NCBI GenBank assembly: GCA_016932785.1
Contig: JAFGCJ010000003.1
Coordinates: forward strand, 104,971 to 168,970
Reading direction: 5' to 3'
DNA: 64,000 nt
Origin: Candidatus Dojkabacteria bacterium
GTDB taxonomy: Bacteria > Patescibacteriota > Dojkabacteria > SC72 > JAFGCJ01
Below, piece after piece: positions 16,366 to 26,479 of this stretch. The position numbers were made by a program, and so were the translations under genes. The notes under the pieces were generated by a model. The model did not search any database and was not told the origin of the DNA. It saw only the letters and a program-made list of their open reading frames with translations. Position 1 is the stretch's first letter, and the number at the start of each line of letters is the position of its first letter.

Positions 16366-17190
16366 GTGCTAGCGACTATCTGGAATACTATTTTTTTTGA
16401 GCCCATTCTTAATGCGCTTCTTATTCTCTATGGATTTCTTGGTGAGAATCTTGGTATAGCAATTATTGTACTTACTGTTGCATTAAGGCTGCTCCTCTTC
16501 CCTCTGATGAGAAGTCAGCTCGATTCAACACGCAAACTTAGAAAGATACAGCCTCAGCTTGAGAAGATTAGAGAGAAGTATAAGAAAAATCCTCAGAAAA
16601 TTCAGGAAGAACAGCTGAAGCTTTATAAGCAAGTTGGCTATAACCCAATGGGGTGTCTTGCCTCTGTTGTACTTCCCTACCCTTTCCTTATCGCAATATA
16701 TCAGGCTATCAGGGCTTTTTCGGGTGGCAAAATTGGTTATATCTATCCGTTTGTTAAGAACCTTCTTGATATATCGGGCGATGTAGATATCAATACACGA
16801 TTTTTACTGTGGGATTTATCTAAGGCCTATCTTCCTCTTGCTAAGGAGCATGGCTACTTTACCTTGTGGGTGCTGGCGTATTTGCTTCTTGCTCTTTTAA
16901 CAGGACTGTCTCAGTATTTCTCTGTTGAAATTAATCAGAGGATGACCGGAACAGCTAGTCCAAAGAAGGATGACAAAAAGAAATCGAAGAAAAAGGACGT
17001 TCCAAGTCAGGATATGGGTGCAATGATGAATGAAATGGGTAAGTCCATGAAGTTCACATTTCCGTTAATGACGGTGTTCATTGCTTTGAGTGCTCCAGCG
17101 GCTGTCGCTCTTTACTGGATGGTCCAATCCTGGGTGATGATTGGTATTCAATATGTGTACTATAAATTTAAAAATAATAAAGATGAGTAA
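16366..17190 (+). CDS. yidC: Membrane protein insertase YidC (short form)
   Basis: Conserved synteny, TM pattern and the LLFPL...KLRKIQPQLEKIREKYK...YKQVGYNPMGC motifs. Confidence 0.9.
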   Translation: MLATIWNTIFFEPILNALLILYGFLGENLGIAIIVLTVALRLLLFPLMRSQLDSTRKLRKIQPQLEKIREKYKKNPQKIQEEQLKLYKQVGYNPMGCLASVVLPYPFLIAIYQAIRAFSGGKIGYIYPFVKNLLDISGDVDINTRFLLWDLSKAYLPLAKEHGYFTLWVLAYLLLALLTGLSQYFSVEINQRMTGTASPKKDDKKKSKKKDVPSQDMGAMMNEMGKSMKFTFPLMTVFIALSAPAAVALYWMVQSWVMIGIQYVYYKFKNNKDE

Positions 17191-17698
17191 GTCCAAAAAA
17201 GAATGGGACGGTATAGTTAAGCAGACAGGCAAGTTGATGTCTGAGATGTTAAAGACCTTGGATATTGATGCCGAAACCAAGATCGATAAGTCCAGCTACA
17301 AAGACCTAGAGGGTAATGAAGAAGATTTTATTGATGTAAATATTGAGGGTGAGGATCTCGGCGTTTTAATAGGATATATGGGTAAGAATTTGCGGTCGTT
17401 TCAGAAGATTTTCGGTATGATTTTAAATAAGGCCGTTGCAGCTGAGGGAGAAGAGGACAATTTTGTTCGTGTTGTTATCGACGTTTCCGGGTATCGAGAT
17501 AACAGGAAAGATTCTCTTGAGGCCATGGCAAATCGGATTCGCGACGAGGTAGTATCCTCTGAAGAGTCTGTTGACCTGCCGCCTATGAGTTCCTTTGAGA
17601 GAAGGGTGATCCATGTTACTTTGAGAGAACATGAAGACGTGACGACTGAGAGTTTTGGTGAGGGTCCTGAAAGACATGTAAGGGTTTCCCCTGCATAG
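17183..17698 (+). CDS. jag: Jag/KhpB-type RNA-binding protein (KH plus R3H)
   Basis: R3H motif SFERRVIHVTLRE and synteny after yidC. The start is most likely ATG 17183 (MSKSKKEWDG), which overlaps the yidC stop, rather than the track start at 17141. Confidence 0.85.
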   Translation: MSKSKKEWDGIVKQTGKLMSEMLKTLDIDAETKIDKSSYKDLEGNEEDFIDVNIEGEDLGVLIGYMGKNLRSFQKIFGMILNKAVAAEGEEDNFVRVVIDVSGYRDNRKDSLEAMANRIRDEVVSSEESVDLPPMSSFERRVIHVTLREHEDVTTESFGEGPERHVRVSPA

Positions 17699-17728
17699 AG
17701 GGCATGGACCTGATACACTGGTAAGTAA

Positions 17729-19051
17729 ATGAAATTCTTGAAAAATCTTGATAAAAACCGGCTTAGTTTTGTCGCTGTCCTTCTTATCGTTGCAGTCATT
17801 CCGTTCAATATTGTTTATCACTTCGATTCTACATATGCCTATATTGATGGCGCTTTTGTAAACTATCTTGATTTTGTTGTTCATATAATTGATGTGGCCG
17901 CTGTCGTAGCTATTGTATGTATTGTCATAGCCGCAGGATTCTATAAGGATAAAAACTTCTGGCTTGTTATAGGGACAGGACTTGCGGCATTGGTTGTTCA
18001 CAATCTGTTTTTCTTGGGTCCTGTAGTTTTATATTTTTCCTTTAGGCTTTTCCTATATTTTGTTTGCGGATTTACCGTATATATGTACATGGCAGGCATA
18101 AAATTGAAGGAAAAAAAGAAGCTGAGAAGATCAATTACTTGGGTTGTCGCTTCTGTTGCAGCGTTTCAGTCGACACTTGGTATTCTGCAGTTTTTTCTAA
18201 ATCGATCTCTTGGACTAGTCAGACTTGGTGAATCCGTAATTCAGGTTGGCGGTTATGACTCGAGCTCGGTATATCTGGTGAATGGGTATCACCTCAGGGC
18301 ATATGGAACATTCCCCCACCCAAATATTCTTGGAGGTTTTCTTACAATAGCGCTGATTCCGGTTATCCATACGCTTTCAAAAGAAAGAGGTAGGAGAAAA
18401 GTTTTGTTGGCTTTTCTTCTGTTGGTGATTCTGGTTGGAATTTTACTTACATGGTCAAGGAGTGCCTGGCTGGTTTCGGGTCTGAGTGTAGCCATCTATT
18501 TAGGTGTGAGAATTTATAGAGCCTCGAGGAAATATTTCTGGGTATACCTCTGTGGGGTTTTTGTATTTCTTGGGGTTGTTGGTAGTTGGGTTATGCTAGG
18601 CAGTGATTTTTTAAGTAGTTCGATTCGTGAACGAGTTGTAAACCAATCCACCGGATCTGATGTCAGTGTGGTAGAAAGGAAAGAGCTTACTTATCGAGCT
18701 TTCAAAATGATAAAAGAGTCTTGGCTTACCGGTGTCGGGATGGGCAATTTCATTAATGAACTCAGCGATAATCCTGTTTATAAAGGTGGAGGGATACGTT
18801 TGATGCAGCCGGTTCACAACGTATTCTTGCTTGTTATGTCTGAGGTGGGTTTACTTGGAGTGATCCTATTTGCAGGCGTAGGGGTTGTGTGGCGAAAGGT
18901 GGTAAGTTGCGGGAAGTCTCCGAAGGTATGTCCGTTAGATAACACTAAAATTTATGTTGCCATGTCAGTTCTTCTTTTGAGTTTGGTAGATCATTATTTT
19001 TGGTCCTTGCCTCAGGGTTTGGGTCTTATAGTACTAGCTCTACTTATATAG
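17729..19051 (+). CDS. O-antigen ligase/polymerase-like (Wzy_C family) polytopic membrane protein
   Basis: About 10-12 TM helices and a TWSRSAWL motif followed by a large loop, typical of the Wzy_C/O-antigen ligase family. Confidence 0.7.
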   Translation: MKFLKNLDKNRLSFVAVLLIVAVIPFNIVYHFDSTYAYIDGAFVNYLDFVVHIIDVAAVVAIVCIVIAAGFYKDKNFWLVIGTGLAALVVHNLFFLGPVVLYFSFRLFLYFVCGFTVYMYMAGIKLKEKKKLRRSITWVVASVAAFQSTLGILQFFLNRSLGLVRLGESVIQVGGYDSSSVYLVNGYHLRAYGTFPHPNILGGFLTIALIPVIHTLSKERGRRKVLLAFLLLVILVGILLTWSRSAWLVSGLSVAIYLGVRIYRASRKYFWVYLCGVFVFLGVVGSWVMLGSDFLSSSIRERVVNQSTGSDVSVVERKELTYRAFKMIKESWLTGVGMGNFINELSDNPVYKGGGIRLMQPVHNVFLLVMSEVGLLGVILFAGVGVVWRKVVSCGKSPKVCPLDNTKIYVAMSVLLLSLVDHYFWSLPQGLGLIVLALLI

Positions 19052-19168
19052 ACGGCTTTATTCTGTATGGGGGGACTGATTTCTCTAGAGAATATTTTGT
19101 GTTGACCTGTATTAGCGGAGTTTTCAATTTGGGTGTAAAATAGGCGAAAATAACTTAACTGCAATATT

Positions 19169-20083
19169 TTGATGGCAGAGAGTAAGAAAACAACCGTTGA
19201 TATTAAAGAAGCGTTTAACTCATTTTTTGGTTTGCCTGATTGGAAGAATAGAGTTTTCATGTTGGGGGGGTATGGGCTGGTTGTATTTCTTCTGTTTATA
19301 GCTTCGACTGTTATGTTCTTTATACCCATACTTGGGTGGCTTATCGGAGGATTATCTCTTTTAATTGTTATAGCCGGGATATTAGTTACTAGTGTTGTTA
19401 TAACGGGCTATCGACAAGATCTTGTTGATGCTGCGGCTTCTAGCCGTGACGCTTCGAATGTGAAGTTGTTTTCTTTTGCTCAGGAGCGGTTAAGAAAAGG
19501 ATTCCATCTATGTTTAGCAAGAATTGTCTACTCATTACCTATTATATTCGGATACATAATGATTTATGTTGTCATGATTGGAGCAATAATCTTGACTGAT
19601 TCCAGTTCGAGTGACAGCTACGATAACAACTATTATGATAATAATTATTACTACAACAATGATTATGGATATTACGAGGAGGATACTACGACAACCGAAG
19701 AGGACGTGGCGTCGATGATAGCTTTTATCTTTATGTGGGCGGTCAGCATTATTCTAATCCCTATTCAGTTAGTTGTTACTTACATTATCGATCCGACTCT
19801 TTTTGCACAATACAGTAAATACCAATCCCTTGCTTCACTGTTCAAGCTAAAAGACATGTGGGGATTTTTTAAAAGGAACATCATTAACTATCTTGTTTAT
19901 TTCGGCATAACCCTTGGAATGGCATTTGCTGCGAATTTTGTAGTTATGGCAGCATACGTTTCGGTCATTTTGCTTATTGGAGTGGTTCTTCTTCCTCTCG
20001 CGGCTGCGTTTGCCAGTCTTGTTTTTACGCATGTTCAGGCAAATATGTTGGGGCAGATGGTCGAGATGGACTCTGCCAGCTAA
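19169..20083 (+). CDS. Hypothetical polytopic membrane protein with an internal Tyr/Asn/acidic low-complexity loop
   Basis: 304-aa ORF with multiple TM helices and the loop SSSSDSYDNNYYDNNYYYNNDYGYYEEDTTTTEED. Confidence 0.55.
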   Translation: MMAESKKTTVDIKEAFNSFFGLPDWKNRVFMLGGYGLVVFLLFIASTVMFFIPILGWLIGGLSLLIVIAGILVTSVVITGYRQDLVDAAASSRDASNVKLFSFAQERLRKGFHLCLARIVYSLPIIFGYIMIYVVMIGAIILTDSSSSDSYDNNYYDNNYYYNNDYGYYEEDTTTTEEDVASMIAFIFMWAVSIILIPIQLVVTYIIDPTLFAQYSKYQSLASLFKLKDMWGFFKRNIINYLVYFGITLGMAFAANFVVMAAYVSVILLIGVVLLPLAAAFASLVFTHVQANMLGQMVEMDSAS

Positions 20084-20149
20084 CCCTTGTGGGGCAGTAT
20101 TGTTGTATAGGTTAAGTTCGTGCTAAAATTTCTTGTAACTAAATAGGTA

Positions 20150-20388
20150 GACCGCTTGACGGGACTTGTCATCCCGAAGGTCCGAAAAGAAATCAATAGA
20201 CAACTGGTCTATTGTGAGTAGAATTCGGTGAGTTACTTTCTCAATAAAAAAAGTACCAAATTCGCAAGAGTTTGGATCAGAGTCCTTTTAGGGTAACCTG
20301 GGAGGAGAAACAAGGTGGTACCACGATTTTCAAAGAAAATCCGTCCTTGCTAAACACAAAGAGTGTGTTTGGTAAAGACGGATTTTTT
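20150..20388 (+). promoter_or_regulatory. T-box riboswitch leader of valS (transcriptional)
   Basis: T-box sequence AACAAGGTGGTACCACG at 20309-20325. Antiterminator: AAGG (20312-15)/CCTT (20345-48), 7-nt bulge TGGTACC (20316-22), upper helix ACGATTTTC/GAAAATcCGT. A mutually exclusive terminator follows. Confidence 0.8.
20336..20388 (+). terminator. Intrinsic terminator of the valS T-box leader
   Basis: AAAATCCGTC (20336-45) pairs with GACGGATTTT (20377-86). A second helical segment is AAACACA/TGTGTTT, and a T-run follows. The 5' arm overlaps the antiterminator 3' strand. Confidence 0.75.
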
Positions 20389-20408
20389 AATTTATTAATT
20401 AAATAGAA

Positions 20409-22733
20409 ATGCAAAAGAAACCGAAAAAAGAAAGTACCGGCAAAGCCGGAGATGGTGCTAAACCTGGTATAGATATTCCCAAAGCATACGATTCCAGCAA
20501 GGAAATGGAGATTTATAAGCTGTGGGAAAGATCCGGTGCCTTTAATCCTGACAATATTAAATCAAAGAAGAAACCTTTTGTTATGACTCTACCCCCTCCA
20601 AATGCTAACGGAAAACAGCATGTGGGTCACATGTGTGGGTACTCATTCCAGGACTGCATGGGACGTTATCACAGAATGAAAGGTGAGCCCACCCTACTCC
20701 TTGCTGGAAAAGACCATGCCGGTATCCAGACCGAGGCGGTGTTTACCAAGTATCTTGCTGAACAGGGAATCGACAAGTGGGAGTTGGGCCGTGATGAATT
20801 CTATAAGAGATGCTACAAGTTCTGTATCGAGAATGCCGACTACGCCAGGGAGCAGGAGAAAAGAATTGGACTGTCGGCTGATTGGTCTAGAGAGAAATTT
20901 ACTCTTGATCCGGCACTTAATAAAGTTATCTATGAAACCTTCTATAAATTGTTTGATGAGGGTTTGGTTTATCGCGGTCAGTACATCATCAACCAGTGTA
21001 CGAATTGCAGAACAGCTTTGGCTAATGTAGACACTGAACATGAGCAGAAAAAAGGAATTTTCGCGTATATAAAATACCCGGTTGTTGGTGAGAAAGATAC
21101 ATATATCACAGTTGCTACAACCCGTCCGGAGACTATGCTCGGAGATACCGCAGTTGCAGTAAATCCAAAGGATTCTAGATATAAAAAGTTTGTTGGAAAA
21201 ATGGTAGAGCTTCCTCTAACCGATCGGCAGATCCCTGTTATTGCAGATAGGAAGGTAGATAAAGATTTGGGTACAGGTGCTCTCAAAATAACTCCCGCCC
21301 ACTCTGCCATCGACTTTGAGATTGGGATTGAGCATGAATTGAAAATAGTGAATGTCATAGATGAAGAAGGGCTAATGAACGAAAATGCGCCTGAGAAGTA
21401 CCAAGGAATGAAGACATCTGAGGCAAGCAAGGCGGTGTTGGAAGATCTTGATAAGGCAGGACTTCTTGAAAAGGTTGAAGATATTACACATGAAATTCTC
21501 GTTTGTGAAAGGTGCAGGTCTGTTATTGAGCAGATTATTTCAAAACAGTGGTTTGTAAATGTTGAGTCGCTGGCGAAGAATGCAATAAAAGCCATAGACA
21601 GCGGAGAGACAACCAATGTTCCCAAGTACTTCAATCGTGTACTGAAGAACTGGCTCAAGGACATAAGGCCTTGGTGTATTTCCCGTCAGCTTTGGTGGGG
21701 TCACAGGATTCCTATTTGGTATTGTGGTGGGAAAGAGCTCTACGATTGGCTGATTGATAACCCAGGTAAGACAGCTGAGGATTATGAGAAGGCGACTGGC
21801 AACAAGGCTAAGGGTTGTGGACAGGTTATCGCCTCAGATGAGAAGCCTAAGGGGGGCTGCCCTAAATGTAAGAATGCCGAATTGGAATCTGAAGAAGACT
21901 GTATGGACACATGGTTTTCGTCTGGGCAGTGGCCTTTCAGTACATTAGGAGGTCCTGACGGAGAAGACTATAAAAAGTTTTATCCCACTGATGTTATGGA
22001 GACAATGCATGATATTCTTTTTTTCTGGGTGGCGAGGATGATGATGTTGGGAATCTATCGTACAGGCAAGGCGCCGTTTCATACGGTGTATCTCCATGGA
22101 ATGATTCTGGCACCGGATGGACGTAAGATGTCTAAATCAAAAGGAAACGTCGTTGAACCCAAGGAAATCTTTGAAAAATATGGAGCTGATGCGCTTAGGT
22201 TGTGGTATTTCTCCGATGCCCTTCCTGGTAAAAATACGCCAATTCGTCATGAAAAACTTCAGGGAAATAGGAATTTTGTTAACAAAATCTGGAATGCCAG
22301 TCGGTACATTATGTTTCAGATATCAGACTTTTCTGATGAGGAGATTCAAGAGCTCGATAAGAGTATTGGCGAGAGATTGGCGGGTTTGTCCAAATCAAAG
22401 GATAAGTGGGAAAAAGAAACTTTTAATGTCGCCGAAAAGATAACCAAGTATCTTGATAAATATCAGTTCAATCTTGCCGTGGAACTTAATCGCGAATTTT
22501 TCTGGCATAAGCTTTGTGATGAGTGGATTGAGGAGACCAAAAATCTTGTCGCAAATAAACCAGAGAACAAGATTGAAAGCTTTGCTCGGTTGATAACGGT
22601 TCTTGCGGTTATGCTTAAACTGATTCACCCTTTTGCACCGTTTATCACGGAGCAGGTGTGGCAGAATCTCAGAAATCGGGGGTTACTGTCTGGTGAATCA
22701 GAACTGCTTATGATATCGGACTGGCCAGAGTAG
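20409..22733 (+). CDS. valS: Valyl-tRNA synthetase (short form, lacks the long C-terminal coiled coil)
   Basis: PPPNANGKQHVGH (HIGH region), TTRPETMLGDTAVAVNP (ValRS signature) and KMSKSKGN. Confidence 0.95.
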   Translation: MQKKPKKESTGKAGDGAKPGIDIPKAYDSSKEMEIYKLWERSGAFNPDNIKSKKKPFVMTLPPPNANGKQHVGHMCGYSFQDCMGRYHRMKGEPTLLLAGKDHAGIQTEAVFTKYLAEQGIDKWELGRDEFYKRCYKFCIENADYAREQEKRIGLSADWSREKFTLDPALNKVIYETFYKLFDEGLVYRGQYIINQCTNCRTALANVDTEHEQKKGIFAYIKYPVVGEKDTYITVATTRPETMLGDTAVAVNPKDSRYKKFVGKMVELPLTDRQIPVIADRKVDKDLGTGALKITPAHSAIDFEIGIEHELKIVNVIDEEGLMNENAPEKYQGMKTSEASKAVLEDLDKAGLLEKVEDITHEILVCERCRSVIEQIISKQWFVNVESLAKNAIKAIDSGETTNVPKYFNRVLKNWLKDIRPWCISRQLWWGHRIPIWYCGGKELYDWLIDNPGKTAEDYEKATGNKAKGCGQVIASDEKPKGGCPKCKNAELESEEDCMDTWFSSGQWPFSTLGGPDGEDYKKFYPTDVMETMHDILFFWVARMMMLGIYRTGKAPFHTVYLHGMILAPDGRKMSKSKGNVVEPKEIFEKYGADALRLWYFSDALPGKNTPIRHEKLQGNRNFVNKIWNASRYIMFQISDFSDEEIQELDKSIGERLAGLSKSKDKWEKETFNVAEKITKYLDKYQFNLAVELNREFFWHKLCDEWIEETKNLVANKPENKIESFARLITVLAVMLKLIHPFAPFITEQVWQNLRNRGLLSGESELLMISDWPE

Positions 22734-22758
22734 TAGTTTATCTGGTAAATTAGTAGGT

Positions 22759-23337
22759 ATGGATCTTACTGAAACAGCGAAATGGTTTCTATATCTGGCA
22801 AACATCCTTATTATTATTGGGTCGTTCTACTTTTCGATTAAGGTAATCTTCCTTGTTTGGACCTGGACTCCTTTTTATAGAGGAAATGCACCGTATGTTC
22901 CAACAAGAAAATGGGCTGTTAAGGCTGCGTTCGAAATGCTTGATCCCAAGAAAGGAGATCGAGTAATCGATCTGGGATGTGGTGATGGGAGGTTTGTTCT
23001 GTATACTGTTTCCCATTCGGATGCTGAGGTTACAGGGGTGGAGATCAGTTATCTTCTTATGGCGATAGCTAAGCTGAGGTCATTTCTAACTCGCAAGAAA
23101 GGTAATCTAGAACTCATTCTTGATGATCATAAGAGTATTAATCTGTCGCCTTATAATAAGATTTTTATCTTTGGGATTACAGGCCTTATCGATAGGTTGA
23201 AACCAAAGTTCAAGAAGGAACTTAAAAAAGGGACAAGAATTGTGAGTGTTATGTTCCCGATCGAGGTGGACTGGCTTAAAGAAATAAAAACGGAAAAAAG
23301 AGGCAACTATAGTTTGTATCTGTACGAGAGGATCTGA
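22759..23337 (+). CDS. Class I SAM-dependent methyltransferase with an N-terminal TM helix
   Basis: Motif I VIDLGCGDGRFV and N-terminal hydrophobic segment WFLYLANILIIIGSFYFSIKVIFLVW. Confidence 0.7.
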   Translation: MDLTETAKWFLYLANILIIIGSFYFSIKVIFLVWTWTPFYRGNAPYVPTRKWAVKAAFEMLDPKKGDRVIDLGCGDGRFVLYTVSHSDAEVTGVEISYLLMAIAKLRSFLTRKKGNLELILDDHKSINLSPYNKIFIFGITGLIDRLKPKFKKELKKGTRIVSVMFPIEVDWLKEIKTEKRGNYSLYLYERI

Positions 23338-23508
23338 TCTCTTGCTTGAGTTTCATTTAGTTTATTTTCTTCCCGCCTTGAAGTTCGTGATGAGATATGG
23401 GAAAAGGTTTCTAATCGTCAGAGGGAACGTAAGATCTCTTTGAAGGATTGACTTGAATCCTATAGTTATGTAGAATTTCCGCTGGATTTAGTTATTATAG
23501 AATTTGAT

Positions 23509-24015
23509 ATGTCTCATGATAGTATTGGAGCCCCGGGGGTTGAGGCTTTTATCGGTCAACATTCTTTTACAAACGATGAACTTGATGGTTGGTTTCATGC
23601 CTCTGGAGCAAGGTTTATTGCAAAGGTAGCTTCTCTTGAGAGCGAACCACAAGTGCTTCTTTTTGAGGTTATGGAAGATCCGCTTGAGTGTGAGGACAGG
23701 CTTTGGGTGACTGCTTTATGCCCTTTTGGAGCCTTCAGGTTTGGTCACCTTCAGGCAGCCGAGATGGGCCGAGTTGAGTTACTCCAGTTATGCCAGGATA
23801 TGGATCAAGGAAAATTCGTGGTTGGTTTGAACGATTTTATGGAGTCAGGTGAAGAGATTGGGGTGATAAATATTCCTAATATGACAGGAACAAATTCGAC
23901 GAACGTTTTAGTCAGACACTTTATTGAGGAAACAGCTCAAGATGTGTCAAGGATGGTTGGAAGAGACGATATTCCTTTTTTTGATTGGAGCGAGTCCGGC
24001 ACAAGTTCGATTTAG
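23509..24015 (+). CDS. Hypothetical protein (orphan)
   Basis: 168-aa ORF preceded by a TTGACT-17-TAGAAT promoter-like sequence (about 23449-23477). No family recognised. Confidence 0.5.
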   Translation: MSHDSIGAPGVEAFIGQHSFTNDELDGWFHASGARFIAKVASLESEPQVLLFEVMEDPLECEDRLWVTALCPFGAFRFGHLQAAEMGRVELLQLCQDMDQGKFVVGLNDFMESGEEIGVINIPNMTGTNSTNVLVRHFIEETAQDVSRMVGRDDIPFFDWSESGTSSI

Positions 24016-24103
24016 TGGTTTTCCTTAAATTATGCTCTTGAAGATTATATTTATCTAGATCCTATAGCCTTGTACGATGTCTCACCTGTTATCCTTGAGA
24101 GAT

Positions 24104-26377
24104 TTAATGCGAGGGATTGAGCCTGCTCAAAGATATTCCCAGATGTTCTTCCAAATGTTCTGGAAGAATCAAAATATCTTTTTTCTCATCCCCTACTCCC
24201 AACTCATATGTCCCGCAAAGCATGCCATCAGAGAGAATTCCCCTGACTTTTGATCTTTTTATCTTGTTCTTGCCTTTTCCATCGAGTGATCTCACTGTTG
24301 ATCCGGGTAATGCGACTGGAACGACCTGTCCGACTTGTAGATTTGTCGCGGTGCAAACTATTGTGAGGACTCCCGATATCCCCGTGTCGACTTTTACGAT
24401 TTTTGCCGAGTCATCCTTCGAATGTTTTTTCAGTTCCGTGATTTTCCCTATAACTACACCTAAGTCTAGTTTAGAGAAATCGTGACCGATTGGCTCTTTG
24501 ACTACAACTGATACGAGCTCTGGGTGATCAGCTTTTTCCAGTTCCTCTGTATATTCTAGTTTTGTAAAGAGTATCTCCGGTTCTCCTAGTTTGTGTCCCG
24601 TCGGGACTTCCTCGAACTTCCATTGATCTTCGTGTTTAGAGATTGATCCTTTCTCCTGAAGCTCTTTGTTTGGGTCGTATTTCTTGGGAGTATTAAGTAT
24701 AGAGCCAATTTTGTCGGAAGTAGAAGGAACTATTGGGTCGAGAATTATCTGGAAAGTGCGGATGATCTGGATGCAATTAAAGATTGTGTTGTGAAGAAAT
24801 TCCTTGGGCTTTTGGGGTGCTGGAAAATCTTCATCTTTCCATTCGGGTGTCTCTCCCTCAAAATATGAGGTATGCTTTATTGTAATCCACGGCTTTTCCT
24901 CATTAAGGTACTTATTGGCAAAATGTCCGAGATCCAGTGCAGCCTCTGCTGCTCGAGTGAATTCTGCCTTCTCAAAGTGATCGGCTACTGACGTTAGTGC
25001 CTTTTCTATAGCTTTTTGCACCTTTGAGTCAAGTTTTCCGTCTGGGACTTTTTCATCAAAATTCTTCACTGTAAAAGTCATCACCCTGTTCACGAAGTTC
25101 CCGATGTTTGCCACTAGCTCGTTATTGTTTGCATCAATCAAATCTTTCCAGATAAAATCTTTATCGTGATTCTCGGGGGCATTTCTTGTGAAGAAGTATC
25201 GCACCAGATCAGTGTCGTAGTCATCCAGCAGCTCGTTGGCAGTTATCAGTTTCCCTCTGCTCTTTGAGAGCTTTCTCCCCCTCATGTTGAGGAATTGATT
25301 AGATGGCACATCATATGGAATTTGCAGAGGATCGGCGTTTGTCTCACCGGGCAATGCCGGTTCAAATTTCCCCTTAGTATATTTAGAATTGTATGCCATT
25401 AACATTGCAGGCCACAGGAATGTGTGGAAAGGTATGTTGTCTTTTGCAATGAAATAATAGTGTTTTGCCTCTGGGTCTTTCCAGAAGTATTCCCATTTTG
25501 CTGGATCGCCAGACTTTTCTGCCCATTCGATTGCCGCACTCAGGTATCCCATGACGGCCTCGAACCAGACATAAATGTCCTGATCTTTATATTCTTCTAT
25601 CGGAACCTTGACGCCGTAGCCCAGCTTTCGGGTAACAGGTCGTGGGCGGAGGCCTTCTTTAAGCCATTTCTTGACGACACTAATAACACTTTTTCGCCAG
25701 ATGTTCTTACGGTCTTTGACCAGTTTCCCAATATCTTTCTGAAATTTCTCTAAATCGAAATACAAAATTGTGTGATCTTTGAGGACTGGGGTTGTTCCTG
25801 TAAGTTTACTTTTGGGATCGATGAGGTCGGTTGGATCGAGAGTTCGCTCACAGCCGTCGTTGCACTGGTCTCCTCGTGCCTTTGTGTTTCCGCAGTATGG
25901 GCATGTTCCCTCTATATATCTGTCGGCAAGATATTTCTTTGCCTCTTCGTCATAATATTGCTTTACATTCTTAGGAATGATAAATCCATAGGCATACATT
26001 ACTTGAAAAAGATTTCGTGCAACAGTTTTGTGATTTTCTGTTTCAGTAGTAGTGAATAGGTCCCAGGCGCAGTTTAATTTTTTGAATGTGTCGAGCTGGG
26101 AAAGGCGGAATTTCTCTGCCGTCTCTTCGGGAGTCAGTCCCAGTTCCTCAGCCTTGATAGTTACCGGGGTCCCGTGTGCGTCGGTTCCGGAAACCATCAG
26201 AACCTCGTTACCTCTCAAGCGGTGGTATCTGGCAAAAACGTCGCAAACAACGTTCTGACCTGCAAGGTGACCTATGGATAGATCTCCGTTTGCATATGGC
26301 CATGATACTCCTATAAAAATCTTTTGAGGATTAGATGACTTCGATTTAGAATTTGTATCTGACTTATGATTTGTCAT
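24104..26377 (-). CDS. metG: Methionyl-tRNA synthetase with a C-terminal tRNA-binding (Trbp111/EMAP-like) domain
   Basis: SWPYANGDLSIGHLAG (HIGH-type), zinc knuckles CPYCGN...CNDGC and KLSKSRG (KMSKS). The C-terminal segment is OB-fold-like (GKITELKKH...KIVKVD...GILSDGMLC). Confidence 0.95.
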   Translation of the reverse strand: MTNHKSDTNSKSKSSNPQKIFIGVSWPYANGDLSIGHLAGQNVVCDVFARYHRLRGNEVLMVSGTDAHGTPVTIKAEELGLTPEETAEKFRLSQLDTFKKLNCAWDLFTTTETENHKTVARNLFQVMYAYGFIIPKNVKQYYDEEAKKYLADRYIEGTCPYCGNTKARGDQCNDGCERTLDPTDLIDPKSKLTGTTPVLKDHTILYFDLEKFQKDIGKLVKDRKNIWRKSVISVVKKWLKEGLRPRPVTRKLGYGVKVPIEEYKDQDIYVWFEAVMGYLSAAIEWAEKSGDPAKWEYFWKDPEAKHYYFIAKDNIPFHTFLWPAMLMAYNSKYTKGKFEPALPGETNADPLQIPYDVPSNQFLNMRGRKLSKSRGKLITANELLDDYDTDLVRYFFTRNAPENHDKDFIWKDLIDANNNELVANIGNFVNRVMTFTVKNFDEKVPDGKLDSKVQKAIEKALTSVADHFEKAEFTRAAEAALDLGHFANKYLNEEKPWITIKHTSYFEGETPEWKDEDFPAPQKPKEFLHNTIFNCIQIIRTFQIILDPIVPSTSDKIGSILNTPKKYDPNKELQEKGSISKHEDQWKFEEVPTGHKLGEPEILFTKLEYTEELEKADHPELVSVVVKEPIGHDFSKLDLGVVIGKITELKKHSKDDSAKIVKVDTGISGVLTIVCTATNLQVGQVVPVALPGSTVRSLDGKGKNKIKRSKVRGILSDGMLCGTYELGVGDEKKDILILPEHLEEHLGISLSRLNPSH

Positions 26378-26427
26378 GATTATTGATTTTATCTTAAATT
26401 ATCTTCCTAGCGCTATAGGCAGTGATT

Positions 26428-26452
26428 AAAAAACCTCCCGTAAGGGAGGTTT
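26428..26452 (-). terminator. Intrinsic terminator inside the metG 5' leader
   Basis: The minus strand reads AAACCTCCC-TTAC-GGGAGGTTT followed by TTT (six T in total), ending 51 nt upstream of the metG ATG. No minus-strand gene lies upstream for it to terminate. Confidence 0.75.
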
Positions 26453-26479
26453 CGTCGGTTGGTTCCTAAATTGAATATA

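Noticed and set aside
24016-24103. Convergent intergenic region between the orphan ORF (23509-24015) and metG, examined for a bidirectional terminator.
   Set aside because: I could identify no convincing GC-rich hairpin or U-tract.
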